A DNA stretch of 60,000 nucleotides, from assembly GCA_965235115.1 (NCBI GenBank), contig OZ249436.1, forward strand, positions 17,858,001 through 17,918,000. Reading direction: 5' to 3'. Position 1 is the first letter of the stretch, and every line of letters begins with the position of its first letter. Positions 13,601 through 27,131 of the stretch are shown piece after piece. Made by a program: the position numbers and the translations under genes. Origin of the DNA: Laetmonice hystrix (lineage: Eukaryota). The notes under the pieces are model-generated. The model did no database searches and had not been told where the DNA came from. It worked only from the letters and a program-made list of their open reading frames with translations.

Positions 13601-13949
13601 GTTTGAGCACGCAACTTTGACACAATACATTCTGTAAACCGTATGTCCGTATAGGGCTGTCAATTTATTAAAAATGAGAGTAAAGACACTCTAAGTATAG
13701 TGGGCCAACTGTTCAATTTCCACCTTGAAACATAAAGAGAAAATCGTCAGCAATCTGACCGAACAAAAGAGGTCGTTCTCAGTGTCGTACCATTAAGAGA
13801 GCTCTGTCCCCATCGTGATTTTGTCATCCTCAGTCCTTACACCAAGGAGATCACCTGTGTTTAAGATTAATTATCTAATATAAGTAAAAAATATTATACA
13901 AAATGTACATCAAACATAATGGGTAAAAGCTTTGCATAGTACAAATGAA

Positions 13950-14308
13950 AGAGAGACAGTCGGAGTGAGGTAGAGACAGAGGGGCAGAGACAATTGCACA
14001 GAAAAAGACAGAGAGAGACAGAGGGACAGAGACAATTGCACAGCGAGAGCTAGAGGCAGAGAGACACGGACAATTGCACAGAGAGAGACAGAGAGAGACA
14101 GAGGGGCACAGAAAATTGTACAGAGAGAGACACAGAGAGACAGAGGGACACAGACAGTTGCACAGAGAAAGACACAGAGACTGAGGGACAGAGCCAATTG
14201 TACAGCGAGGGATAGAGACAGAGGGACAGAGACAATTGCACAGAGACAGAAAGAGACAGAGGGACACAGGCAATTGCACAAAGAGAGAGATAGAGACAGC
14301 GAGAGAAC
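13950..14308. repeat. Compound AG-rich repeat with recurring GACAATTGCACA core
   Basis: Degenerate ~40-bp units GAGACAGAGGGACAGAGACAATTGCACA; explains the SL/LC-rich ORFs. Confidence 0.85.
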
Positions 14309-14855
14309 ATTTTGTCGAGATAAGTATATGACTGACTGACTGCCAGGAAGGCGCCGTGCACGGCCGGCTGTAGACATCGACGGCCTCACTGCCTGCAGGC
14401 AGCCGTGACAGATACGACAAGAAGCCGTCTTTGACAGCTTTCCTTGTCTCGCAGGTTGAGACGGGCGGAGCTGGCCTTAGATTTACTCCTTCTGTCGCTA
14501 CGGTTGATAGTTCAGACCATGTGTTTGCACAGACCGCCGTCAGGAGTCTCATGGGAATGTATATATACACTTTAAGCTCCATTTGATGTGGCCGTCTCTT
14601 TAAGGATACCATCCCTCACAGACTTCGAATTACAAAGTCTCATCCCATGGAACGAGTATCTGTTTCATAGATTTCCATCTTCATTCAGGTCATTTCAAAT
14701 TATGTGAGTCTGAACTAATCTCACGTATACAATCGATCCCTACATAGCAGTCGTTTCAAAATAATCCACTTTATCTATGGCAGTGTTGTACGTAAAAAAA
14801 ACCTTGCCACTTATCCATAAGAGTAGGGCATAGTCCCAGTGTGCTGGTTCTCCTG

Positions 14856-15697
14856 CATCTCATCCCCACCCAAGGACAGAAGGCATCTCCTCTATCTCAT
14901 CTCCACCAAGGACAGAAGGCATCTCCTCTATCTCATCTCCACCAAGGACAGAAGGCATCTACTGTATCTCATCCTCACCAAAGTACAGAAGACATCTACT
15001 GTATCTCATCCCCACCAAAAGACAGAAGACCTCTACTGTATCTCACCCCCACCAAAAGACAGGAGACATCTACTGTATCTCATCCCCACCAAAAGACAGA
15101 AGGTATCTATATACTGTATCTCATCCCCACCAAAAGACAGAAGGTATCTGTATACTGTATCTCACCCCCACCAAAAGACAGAAGACATCTACTGTATCTC
15201 ATCCCCACCAAAAGACAGAAGACCTCTACTGTATCTCACCCCCACCAAAAGACAGAAGGCATCTACTGTATCTCATCCCCACCAAAAGACAGAAGACATC
15301 TACTGTATCTCATCTCCACCAAAGGACAGAAGGCATCTACTGTATCTCATCCCCACCAAAAGACAGAAGGCATCTACTGTATCTCATCCCCACCAAAAGA
15401 CAGAAGACATCTACTGTATCTCATCTCCACCAAAGGACAGAAGGCATCTACTGTATCTCATCTCCACCAAAGGACAGAAGGCATCTACTGTATCTCATCT
15501 CCACCAAAGGACAGAAGGCATCTACTGTATCTCATCCCCACCAAAAGACAGAAGGTATCTACTGTATCTCATCCCCACCAAGGACAGAAGGCATCTACTG
15601 TATCTCATCCCCACCAAAAGACAGAAGGTATCTGTATACTGTATCTCATCCCCACCAAAAGACAGAAGGCATCTACTGTATCTCATCTCCACCAAGG
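14856..15697. repeat. Minisatellite, 36-41-bp unit (mode 37), ~22 copies
   Basis: CTGTATCTCATCCCCACCAAAAGACAGAAGGCATCTA. Confidence 0.96.
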
Positions 15698-15703
15698 ATT
15701 GTA

Positions 15704-15870
15704 ATGAAAGGGTCAATGCTATTTGTTATGATAGGTTCCATGTTATTGTCATGAAAGGGCCAACGCTTTTTTTATGATAGGTTCCAGGTTATGGTCATGA
15801 AAGGGTTAATGCTATTTTTATGATATGGTTCCATGTTATTGTCATGGAAGGGTTCAGACTTATTGTCATG
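15704..15870. repeat. Degenerate ~47-bp tandem repeat, ~3 copies
   Basis: ATGAAAGGGT..ATGCT.TTT.TTATGATAGGTTCCATGTTATTGTC. Confidence 0.8.
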
Positions 15871-16787
15871 TTGTTATTGCCTCATCAGTGTCAGTTCTGA
15901 CGTCACATTATCAATCTGTTTGTGTCTCGGCTTTATTGGGAGCAAGGACACAATGTCTGGCTAATGTCAGATAATTAAACTCCCTAATTACTACAGTAAC
16001 AATGATAATTGATGGGTTTCTAACGTTTGAGGCCTTCATTGAGATTTTACACATATGCCACTGTGGAAAGCAGTGCCGGTCTATTTACTACCACTTTCTG
16101 GCCCATTATTCGCCAAATCTCGATTGCAGCCGGACAAAGTGCTTAGGTCTGCTGACAATCCCGCTAAATTGGCCCTGCTTGCTTGTTGTCCTTCGCGGGG
16201 GGTCGAACGGTCGACGAGCCGAGTCTCGCTTTGACCACACCAGACGCCCAGCCAGAGCGCTACACTACACGTATCCGTGATTCTACTTACAATTGGGCCC
16301 AATTGGTTGGCACTGTATGGCAAGACACTTGATAAGGCTCCGCACACTCTGACCAGCCTTTATGGACTTTTAGTGGGGCCGGACGTCAGTATTTAGCCGG
16401 GCGCTATGATCGACCTCCGTGCAGCGCCACCTGCCGCCGACAGGTCAAAACTACGGCCTGTCCGTCGTCACCGTAGACCGGCACTTGAGAGCAATTGCTT
16501 GACGGCATTATCGTTGACAATGATCCATTATCCTCGCCTGCTGGAAGTCCGACAAGGTCTTATTAGGCCGGTGATCCCCCCACCCCGCCACCAGCCGCAG
16601 GCCCTGGCAAGCCCCACGTCGCCAGCCTCGGTCTGGCTGCGGGTGAGCGAGCGCCCTCTGTGGGGAAGCGTGCAGCGCGGCCGGATATGACGTATTACAC
16701 AGACAAGTGGCGTATTACAAAGACAAAAGTCGGAGGAGGAGAAAAAAATCTTATTGTGGTCAATCATGTGGCGAAGCGAAGGTTTTC

Positions 16788-16850
16788 GTGGTCTGTGCAT
16801 GCACTTAAGTAGTACGTACGTGGTCTGTGCATGCACTTAAGTAGTACGTA
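16788..16850. repeat. Perfect 32-bp tandem duplication
   Basis: GTGGTCTGTGCATGCACTTAAGTAGTACGTA occurs twice. Confidence 0.9.
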
Positions 16851-18569
16851 AAAGTGCCCTTTTAACGCGAGGCGTGTAACGTTAACTTGAGGAACATGAA
16901 CAGGAGCAGTGGCTGCACCGTTAACGTTATGTCGTAGATCCACACGATATCAGATCTTGTTTCGCTAAGACTACAGGCTGGTCAGGAGAGGGTGTCCATT
17001 AATACAACTAGGCCTCACCAGCCCGTTAGCTAAAGCTACATTAACTCTGGGGGCCCGTCTATAAATGGCATGACGTTCACTCTAACCCGGAGCAGTTACA
17101 CTGACACGCTTATTTCAATCGGCAGATCACGGGATCCGTAATAAAACTACCTTGCAACACAAGCACCCATTTTGAGAGTGAGTCTATCGCGGGGTTTCAG
17201 TCCATGATGGGGTTTGAAAGTTACCAGAGAGGGAGCTATTATAGAGGGTAACCTGCAGTGTGTGGGATTAGATTTGTTGACGCCTACCGACTAGATAATG
17301 TGTGTGTATGATAGGGAGATTGTGTGTGGTGTTGGTACCATCTCCAGTCGTGATTACTCGGTTAGCGAGGCCGGTAGCCCATGATGAGCGGACGCCAGTG
17401 ATAGGGACAGGCTGATGGCCGTATTGCGTGCTGTGGGGAATAGCTAGCCGCGCGGGATATTAGATCAGTGTGTAATGATTGTCCTCACTCAATCCTGTGT
17501 ACCGGTATCTCACCACTGCGGTCAAAGATAACAATTGTTTATATGACACATGTGGTATTGTTAGTTGTAGAGTCCGCCATTCCTGGTGGTTATTCGGGGA
17601 CAGCTTCAGGTGAATGACTGAGTGGTTAAAAAAGGTCGTCATTTAGAAACGATACAAAGCTGATTGAAGGAGGCCATTGTTGCCCGAGCCCCGCGGCAAT
17701 GGTGTTAGCCTCACAAAGATTCCAACGCGGGCACAGCACTGTGGTACACCCAGGCCCTCGTGGAGAATACAATGGTTAAAAGATCTCTGTGGACAAAAAT
17801 GACTTCACGATAAACTCTTGGTCTCTAAACGGTTGACGCCGTTTATCATTGTGTTGACTAAAGCAGATAATAATGCTAAACTTCTAATTCCGTCCGAAAC
17901 TAAAATCGAAATGAGAGCATGCTATAACGTCCAACCATAAACAGGGTTGTTTACATTCCCAATGTTTGATTCATTACGGTGCCATTCGACTCCTAAATAC
18001 GAGAGGTACGACTGTAGGTTACAGAGAGTGTTGTTGATATATTCTGTAGATTCCGTTCAGTCACCCCCACCCCGTCAACCCCCCACGATATGACCTAGAG
18101 TATGACCTAGCCGCAGGGTGTTAGCGTTCTCGTACCCTCCGGTACAGGTGTTATGTTCCTGACTCTGGCCACGGTAACCACGTCCAGTGACCTGGTCCAA
18201 AGGGAGCCCCGGGATACCCCCCACCCCACCCCACACACCCCACACACCCACCGAGTCTGCGGTACCCAGCCACGACCGCCATACATAACCCTAGCGGCGG
18301 TCGGAGGAAACATGGGCCTGAGACATATGTACATGTACATACCTGCTGGCGTCTCGGCGGCGGGGGGGGGGGGGGGGTTCTGAGGCCCCGTTCCCCTTTT
18401 ATTTCTGTTTTTTTCGGCATTTATTTCCATTAGCCATACAGGTGGGACAACATCAAACCGTTTGCTCTAGAAGAGAGTACGTCCTTCATCACAAAAATGT
18501 TTTTTTAATTTAAAAAAAGGGAGAGGGTTATTTGGCGTAAGCATTACCTGAACTGCTGACGACAAAACA

Positions 18570-19252
18570 AGTTGCCGCCAGGACTTCACCTCTCATCTGG
18601 ACGTACCCGAGTTGCCGTCAGGACTTCACCTCTCATCTGGACGTACCCGAGTTGCCGCCAGGACTTCACCTCTCATCTGGACGTACCCGAGTTGTCGCTA
18701 GGACGTCACCTACCATCTTGACGTACCCGAGTTGTCGCTAGGACGTCACCTACCATCTGGACGTACCCGAGTTTTCGCTAGGACGTCACCTACCATCTGG
18801 ACGTACCCGAGTTGCCGCCAGGACGTCACCTACCATCTGGACATACCCGAGTTTTCGCTAGGACGTCACCTACCATCTGGACGTACCCGAGTTGCCGCCA
18901 GGACGTCACCTACCATCTGGACATACCCGAGTTGCCGCCAGGACTTTACCTACCATCTGGACGTACCCGAGTTGCCGCCAGGAGGTCACCTACCATCTGG
19001 ACGTACCCGAGTTGCCGCCAGGACTTTACCTACCATCTGGACGTACCAGAGTTGCCGCCAGGACTTCACCTACCATCTGGACGTACCCGAGTTGCCACCA
19101 GGACTTCACCTACCATCTGGACGTACCCGAGTTGCCGCCAGGACTTCACCTACCATCTGGACGTACCCGAGTTGCCGCCAGGACTTCACCTACCATCTGG
19201 ACGTACCCGAGTTGCCGCCAGGACTTCACCTACCATCTGGACGTACCCGAGT
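18570..19252. repeat. Minisatellite, 40-bp unit, 17 copies
   Basis: GTTGCCGCCAGGACTTCACCTACCATCTGGACGTACCCGA. Confidence 0.97.
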
Positions 19253-19754
19253 AGACGTTTGAAAGGTCTCTATGTACGTAATCGACGGCCTGACCTTTTA
19301 AAACATCTCCCTGCACGGTACACCCACATACACACACCCCCTCACGTGGCGCCTTTGTAGATTAAATATGTATACAGCCGCGTTTGAGTCTGATTAAGGA
19401 TTGCAGTGATTTCATGGTAAGTGTGTGTTTCACCTGTCCAGGTAAGTGTGTGTTTCACCTGTCCAGGTATTTACAGCGCGCCGACTCTGATCTTAGTTTT
19501 CTATTTTATACCTTGTCACTGAGTCGCTTACTGGAGGCGTGAGGTTGTGGAGGAGGAGGGGGCGATGTGCACTGAATGACCTCCAGCTGAGCTCAACCCT
19601 GGAGGACGCCCGGAGGTGAGCCGTACAGGGGTCGGCACATCTGATGCGGAGAATTAGATTGGCAGGTGTCCGTCAATTATCTGTGCCGGAACCACGCCCA
19701 GCAAAAGGTCCTCGGACATCCATGGCATGGCTCACTGTATACATGCGGGGTGTC

Positions 19755-22350
19755 TGTATACATACGGGTTGTCGTCATCTGACCGTGTCGATACATGTAC
19801 CCGCGTGGTGTCGTAATCTGACCGTGTCGCTACATGTACCCGCGGGATGTCGTAATCTAACCGTGTCGATACATGTACCCGCGGGATGTCGTAATCTAAC
19901 CGTGTCGATACATGTACCCGCGGGATGTCGTAATCTGACCGTGTCGATACATGTACCCGCGGGATGTCGTAATCTGACCGTGTCGATACATGTAGATCTA
20001 CCCGCGGGGTGTCGTAATCTGACCGTGTCGCTACATGTACCCGCGGGATGTCGTAATCTGACCGTGTCGATACATGTACCCGCGGGATGTCGTAATCTGA
20101 CCGTGTCGATACATGTAGATCTACCCGCGGGGTGTCGTAATCTGACCGTGTCGATACATGTACCCGCGGGATGTCGTAATCTGACCGTGTCGATACCCGC
20201 GGGGTGTCGTAATCTTACCGTGCCGATACCCGCGGGTTGTCGTCATCTGACCGTGTCGCTACATGTACCCGCGGGGTGTCGTAATCTTACCGTGTCGATA
20301 CCCGCGGGGTGTCGTAATCTTACCGTGTCGATACCCGCGGGGTGTCGTAATCTGACCGTGTCGATACATGTAGATCTACCCGCGGGGTGTCGTAATCTAA
20401 CCGTGTCGATACATGTACCCGCGGAATGTCGTAATCTGACCGTGTCGATACATGTACCCGCGGGGTGTCGTAATCTGACCGTGTCGATACATGTAGATCT
20501 ACCCGCGGGGTGTCGTAATCTGACCGTGTCGATACATGTACCCGCGGGGTGTCGTAATCTTACCGTGTCGATACATGTAGATCTACCCGCGGGGTGTCGT
20601 AATCTAACCGTGTCGATACATGTACCCGCGGGATGTCGTAATCTGACCGTGTCGATACATGTACCCGCGGGGTGTCGTAATCTTACCGTGTCGATACATG
20701 TAGATCTACCCGCGGGGTGTCGTAATCTAACCGTGTCGATACATGTACCCGCGGGATGTCGTAATCTGACCGTGTCGATACCCGCGGGGTGTCGTAATCT
20801 TACCGTGCCGATACCCGCGGGTTGTCGTCATCTGACCGTGTCGCTACATGTACCCGCGGGGTGTCGTAATCTTACCGTGTCGATACCCGCGGGGTGTCGT
20901 AATCTTACCGTGTCGATACCCGCGGGGTGTCGTAATCTGACCGTGTCGATACATGTAGATCTACCCGCGGGGTGTCGTAATCTAACCGTGTCGATACATG
21001 TACCCGCGGAATGTCGTAATCTGACCGTGTCGATACATGTACCCGCGGGGTGTCGTAATCTGACCGTGTCGATACATGTAGATCTACCCGCGGGGTGTCG
21101 TAATCTGACCGTGTCGATACATGTACCCGCGGAATGTCGTAATCTGACCGTGTCGATACATGTACCCGCGGGGTGTCGTAATCTGACCGTGTCGATACAT
21201 GTAGATCTACCCGCGGGGTGTCGTAATCTGACCGTGTCGATACATGTACCCGCGGGGTGTCGTAATCTTACCGTGTCGATACATGTAGATCTACCCGCGG
21301 GGTGTCGTAATCTAACCGTGTCGATACATGTACCCGCGGGATGTCGTAATCTGACCGTGTCGATACATGTACCCGCGGGGTGTCGTAATCTTACCGTGTC
21401 GATACATGTAGATCTACCCGCGGGGTGTCGTAATCTAACCGTGTCGATACATGTACCCGCGGAATGTCGTAATCTGACCGTGTCGATACATGTACCCGCG
21501 GGGTGTCGTAATCTGACCGTGTCGATACATGTAGATCTACCCGCGGGGTGTCGTAATCTGACCGTGTCGATACATGTACCCGCGGGATGTCGTAATCTGA
21601 CCGTGTCGATACATGTAGATCTACCCGCGGGGTGTCGTAATCTGACCGTGTCGATACATGTACCCGCGGGATGTCTTAATCTGACCGTGTCGATAAATTT
21701 ACCCGCGGGGTGTCGTAATCTTGTCTTGTCGATACCCGCGGGGTGTCGTAATCTTACCGTGTCGATACCCGCGGGGTGTCGTAATCTTACCGTGTCGATA
21801 CCCGTGGGGTGTCGTAATCTTACCGTGTCGATACCCGCGGGGTGTCGTAATCTTACCGTGTCGATACCCGCGTGGTGTCGTAATCTTACCGTGTCGATAC
21901 CCGCGGGGTGTCGTAATCTTACCGTGTCGATACCCGCGGGGTGTCGTAATCTTACCGTGTCGATACCCGTGGGGTGTCGTAATCTTACCGTGTCGATACC
22001 CGCGGGGTGTCGTAATCTTACCGTGTCGATACCCGCGTGGTGTCGTAATCTTACCGTGTCGATACCCGCGGGGTGTCGTAATCTTACCGTGTCGATACCC
22101 GCGGGGTGTCGTAATCTTACCGTGTCGATACCCGCGGGGTGTCGTAATCTTACCGTGTCGATACCCGCGGGGTGTCGTAATCTTACCGTGTCGATACCCG
22201 CGGGGTGTCGTAATCTTACCGTGTCGATACCCGCGGGGTGTCGTAATCTGACTGTCGATACCCGCGGGGTGTCATAATCTTACTGTGTCGATACCCGCGG
22301 GGTGTCGTAATCTTACCGTGTCGATACCCGCGGGGTGTCGTAATCTTACT
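19755..22350. repeat. CpG-rich minisatellite with 33/39/45-bp unit variants, ~68 copies; carries an 877-codon open frame on +
   Basis: CCCGCGGGGTGTCGTAATCTTACCGTGTCGATA plus optional CATGTA and GATCTA modules. Confidence 0.97.
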
Positions 22351-22449
22351 GTCTCTGTGTGTGAAAATTGCCGGAACGGTATCAACATGTAAACAGAAAG
22401 CAAAGAGCCGTCGCACACAGCAGTTAGGCTATCTGTGTGCATGAAACTC

Positions 22450-22634
22450 ACTCTCTCTCTCTCTCTGTCTGTGTCTTTGTCTGACCGTCTCTATCTCTGA
22501 CTCCGTCTTTGTCAGTCTCTATCTGTCTGTGACACTGTCTCTCTCCGCCTCTTTCTGTCTCTCGGCGTTTCTATCTCTGTCTCTCTATCTCTGTGTCTCC
22601 TAGCTGTTTCTGTCTGTCTGTCTCTCTGACTTTG

Positions 22635-22722
<88 letters not shown>
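22450..22722. repeat. (CT)n compound microsatellite
   Basis: CT runs with CTGT interruptions. Confidence 0.93.
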
Positions 22723-23512
22723 CTGACTTGGGTGATTTGTAGGGACACGGTGTTTCGCACCGGCGTTGTGAGGACAATGCCATTTTTGGGCAACTTTAAT
22801 ACATGTTCAAAATGCCTTTTTATCTCAAGTTCGCTGTTTCGATTCTACTCTGTCTCCCATGAACTGGCTGATGGGTCGGAAGGAGCTTGCATGCGTCCAT
22901 GTTCGGTCGTAGTTTGGCAACACGTGCTGATGGTTCAAACACTGACAATATGATGAGTCACGAAGTGTCCACTTGGAGCCGGGAGGGTGCAAGGCTGAGA
23001 AAAGTGCGATACGACTCTTCTAAAGGGATGTAGCAATACAACCCGTTCCCCGTCAGTGGGTCGATCTGTGGCATAGTTCCGTATGGCGGCTATCATTGGG
23101 TTATCACGTGTTGTCTCAGACGCCAGATCTTCGTACGGTAGGATGAACGTATCTAGTCGACTAAGACCAAGTTAACTTTTTCTTCTCTATATTCTGATAT
23201 CATTTCCGTGACACTGGCTAAGACAAGATCAGTCCTCCGACCTCTATATTCTTCGACCAGGTTCCTTCTATGAAGATTGTTATCGACCTGGGGTGAAATT
23301 ACTATCAATCGCTCATATTCTCGATCTATGAAAGGCTCCTCCACGGTGCTACAAACGGTCTCTGTCAAGTGAAATTGGCGGAGTGATCATTATAGACCAA
23401 GGAAACTGAAGAATCCAACTCCAAAAGACGCAAAAAGTAGAAAGTCTCAAAAAAGTTTAATTCACGGATAAAGGTATTCACAGCGTTACCAAACGGTTGT
23501 CGTTACTTGGGA

Positions 23513-25090
23513 AGATCAGAGTGACCACTGCCTCCTATAGCTTCCCTGGAGATCAGAGTGACCACTGCCTCCAATAGTTACCCTGGAGATCAGAGTGACC
23601 ACCGCCTCCAATAGCTTCCCTGGAGATCAGAGTGACCACTGCCTCCAATAGCTTCCCTGGAGATCAGAGTGACCACTGCCTCCAATAGCTTCCCTGGAGA
23701 TCAGAGTGACCACTGCCTCCAATAGTTACCCTGGAGATCAGAGTGACCACTGCCTCCAATAGCTTCCCTGGAGATCAGAGTGACCACTGCCTCCAATAGC
23801 TTCCCTGGAGATCAGAGTGACCACTGCCTCCAATAGTTACCCTGGAGATCAGAGTGACCACTGCCTCCAATAGCTTCCCTGGAGATCAGAGTGACCACTG
23901 CCTCCAATAGTTACCCTGGAGATCAGAGTGACCACTGCCTCCAATAGCTTCCCTGGAGATCAGAGTGACCACTGCCTCCAATAGCTTCCCTGGAGATCAG
24001 AGTGACCACTGCCTCCAATAGCTTCCCTGGAGATCAGAGTGACCACTGCCTCCAATAGCTTTGCTGGAGATAAGAGTGACCACTGCCTCCAATAGCTCCC
24101 CTGGAGATCAGAGTGACCACTGCCTCCGATAGCTCCCCTGGAGATAAGAGTGACCACTGCCTCCAATAGCTTCCCTGGAGATCAGAGTGACCACTGCCTC
24201 CAATAGTTACCCTGGAGATCAGAGTGACCACTGCCTCCAATAGCTTCCCTGGAGATCAGAGTGACCACTGCCTCCAATAGTTACCCTGGAGATCAGAGTG
24301 ACCACTGCCTCCAATAGTTACGCTGGAGATCAGAGTGACCACTGCCTCCAATAGCTCCCCTGGAGATAAGAGTGACCACTGCCTCCAATAGTTACCCTGG
24401 AGATCAGAGTGACCACTGCCTCCAATAGTTACCCTGGAGATAAGATGACCACTGCCTCCTATAGTTACCCTGGAGATCAGAGTGACCACTGCCTCCAATA
24501 GCTTCCCTGGAGATCAGAGTGACCACTGCCTCCAATAGTTACGCTGGAGATCAGAGTGACCACTGCCTCCAATAGCTTCCCTGGAGATCAGAGTGACCAC
24601 TGCCTCCAATAGCTTCCCTGGAGATAAGAGTGACCACTGCCTCCAATAGCTTCCCTGGAGATAAGAGTGACCACTGCCTCCAATAGCTTCCCAGGAGATA
24701 AGATGACCACTGCCTCCAATAGCTTCCCTGGAGATCAGAGTGACCACTGCCTCCAATAGCTTCCCTGGAGATAAGATGACCACTGCCTCCAATAGCTCCC
24801 CTGGAGATCAGAGTGACCACTGCCTCCAATAGCTCCCCTGGAGATAAGAGTGACCACTGCCTCCAATAGCTTCCCTGGAGATAAGAGTGACCACTGCCTC
24901 CAATAGCTTCCCTGGAGATAAGAGTGACCACTGCCTCCAATAGTTACCGTGGAGATAAGATGACCACTGCCTCCAATAGTTACCCTGGAGATAAGAGTGA
25001 CCACTGCCTCCAATAGTTTCCCTGGAGATCAGAGTGACCACTGCCTCCAATAGCTTCCCTGGAGATCAGAGTGACCACTGCCTCCAATAG
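23513..25090. repeat. Minisatellite, 37-bp unit, ~43 copies
   Basis: GAGATCAGAGTGACCACTGCCTCCAATAGCTTCCCTG with GCTT/GTTA and ATCAG/ATAAG variants. Confidence 0.97.
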
Positions 25091-26500
25091 AATTAGAACG
25101 TTGCCTGTGTGAGCTCGCCGCGGTATTTCGTACCGACTCCATGGGGCCGGGCATGCCGGGCCGACCGGGCCGACTCGCAACACACACCGGTGTTGGACGA
25201 GAGCCAAACCCTGGATTGAGGACTTGTTGACTACCACCGCTCGACCTCTCCATGTTGTTTATCGCCGTGAGCAGAGCGGCTGCCTGCTCACCTTACCGGA
25301 GGAGCTCCCCCCCCCTACAACCCTCCACAATGACGCAGACAATGCGAGCCAACAGACGACATGGCCCAGCTGAAAGAGTAAAAATAACAGAGAGCACTGT
25401 AAAAACCGCTCAACGGTCTATATATCTCCACACCGGAGAAGTTGTATATGTTCTCAGGTTAGTTTTGGGGGCATTCAGTGCACTTGGATCTCTGTGATCA
25501 TTAGTGACGTTACTGAATCAGCTAGAGAACCACAGGGTGATTTTATTATACTTTCTTACCTCGTATTTAAGGAGTTCTCTGAACGGCTCCGGTATATTTA
25601 ACATTGGAATAGCAGCTGATAACGGTTATTTGTAAATTTCAGGCTTCTAACGTTTGCTCTTTCTCGTGAATGATATGAAGCAAACTATATTATAGGAAAA
25701 ACTTTTATTCTGAATAATATTAGTCGGAGAGTTAGATAAGGAGTATGGGTAACAGGTGAATGTCTGGTTGTCTAAGTGATGTCTCCCATCTCCAACAGGT
25801 GGCGCTGACTGTGGAGACACGGAGACACGGTGGCGGGAGAGTGGCCCGGTGCAGGAGAGTGTATCATATTTATATTCATGGTATACATGTATGTCCATAC
25901 ATCATGTATAGATATTCTATACCCATTGATAAACCTTAGGTGAGCTGCCATCGACCCCCGCCCGCACCCCAACCCCTCTCCACCCCTGGGTGATGACGCC
26001 ACCACATGCAGCCATGGCAGACCCACAGGTGTAAGTATACGGCTGCCTCAGGCCGCACAGCATCTCCGCGCCGCCTTCGAGTCGGGTCTAATTGGCAGGC
26101 TTCACTCGACAGGTCTTCAAAGGTTGCATTGAATCGCCTGCCTGGCCACTTAAACGTGCCATGCATCTGAATGGATATCAAATACATGTCTTTGATACAG
26201 GATATGTAAAGGGCTCTTGAATAAAACATGACAGATAATAGAGGCAGGGCATGGGCGGTGCCTGACGTCTTCCAGTGTTGAAAGAATCGGTAATTGATAC
26301 AAAGTATTCGATATCTACGTTTGCATTTTTTATGTATTTTCTGCTAACGCTTAAACAACCTTCGCCTGCTCTGTTAGGAATTTGAAGATGTTGAAGTGAG
26401 GGATGCCGCTTTTTGAAATCATATCACACTCACTACTTCTAAGAACGGGGCAGGGCAGGCTCGGATAAAACAAGACCTGTCTGGAAATATGGAAAGTGCA

Positions 26501-27131
26501 ACATCTTCACGCTATCATTATCAGCGATGAGTAGGTCCACTCAGTTGGATGGCTTGCGAAGTGTTAAGTTTAGTTTACTTTACATCTTCACGCTATCATT
26601 ATCAGCGATGAGTAGGTCCACTCAGTTGGATGGCTTACGAAGTGTTAAGTTTAGTTTACATCTTCACGCTATCATTATCAGCGATGAGTAGGTCCACTCA
26701 GTTGGATGGCTTACGAAGTGTTAAGTTTAGTTTACATTACATCTTCACGCTATCATTATCAGCGATGAGTAGGTCCACTCAGTTGGATGGCTTACGAAGT
26801 GTTAAGTTTAGTTTACATCTTCACGCTATCATTATCAGCGATGAGTAGGTCCACTCAGCTGGATGGCTTGCGAAGTGTTAAGTTAAGTTTACTTTACATC
26901 TTCACGCTATCATTATCAGCGATGAGTAGGTCCACTCAGTTGGATGGCTTGCGAAGTGTTAAGTTTACTTTACATCTTCACGCTATCATTATCAGCGATG
27001 AGTAGGTCCACTCAGTTGGATAGCTTACGAAGTGTTAAGTTTAGTTTACTTTACATCTTCACGCTATCATTATCAGCGATGAGTAGGTCCACTCAGTTGG
27101 ATGGCTTGCGAAGTGTTAAGTTTAGTTTACT
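26501..27131. repeat. Minisatellite, 76/81-bp unit, 8 copies
   Basis: ACATCTTCACGCTATCATTATCAGCGATGAGTAGGTCCACTCAGTTGGATGGCTTGCGAAGTGTTAAGTTTAGTTT(ACTTT); long and short units alternate (157-bp period). Confidence 0.96.

Noticed and set aside
23153..23368. Protein-like 71-aa minus ORF (also 9462-9710)
   Set aside because: No ATG start or convincing splice sites, and no family recognised
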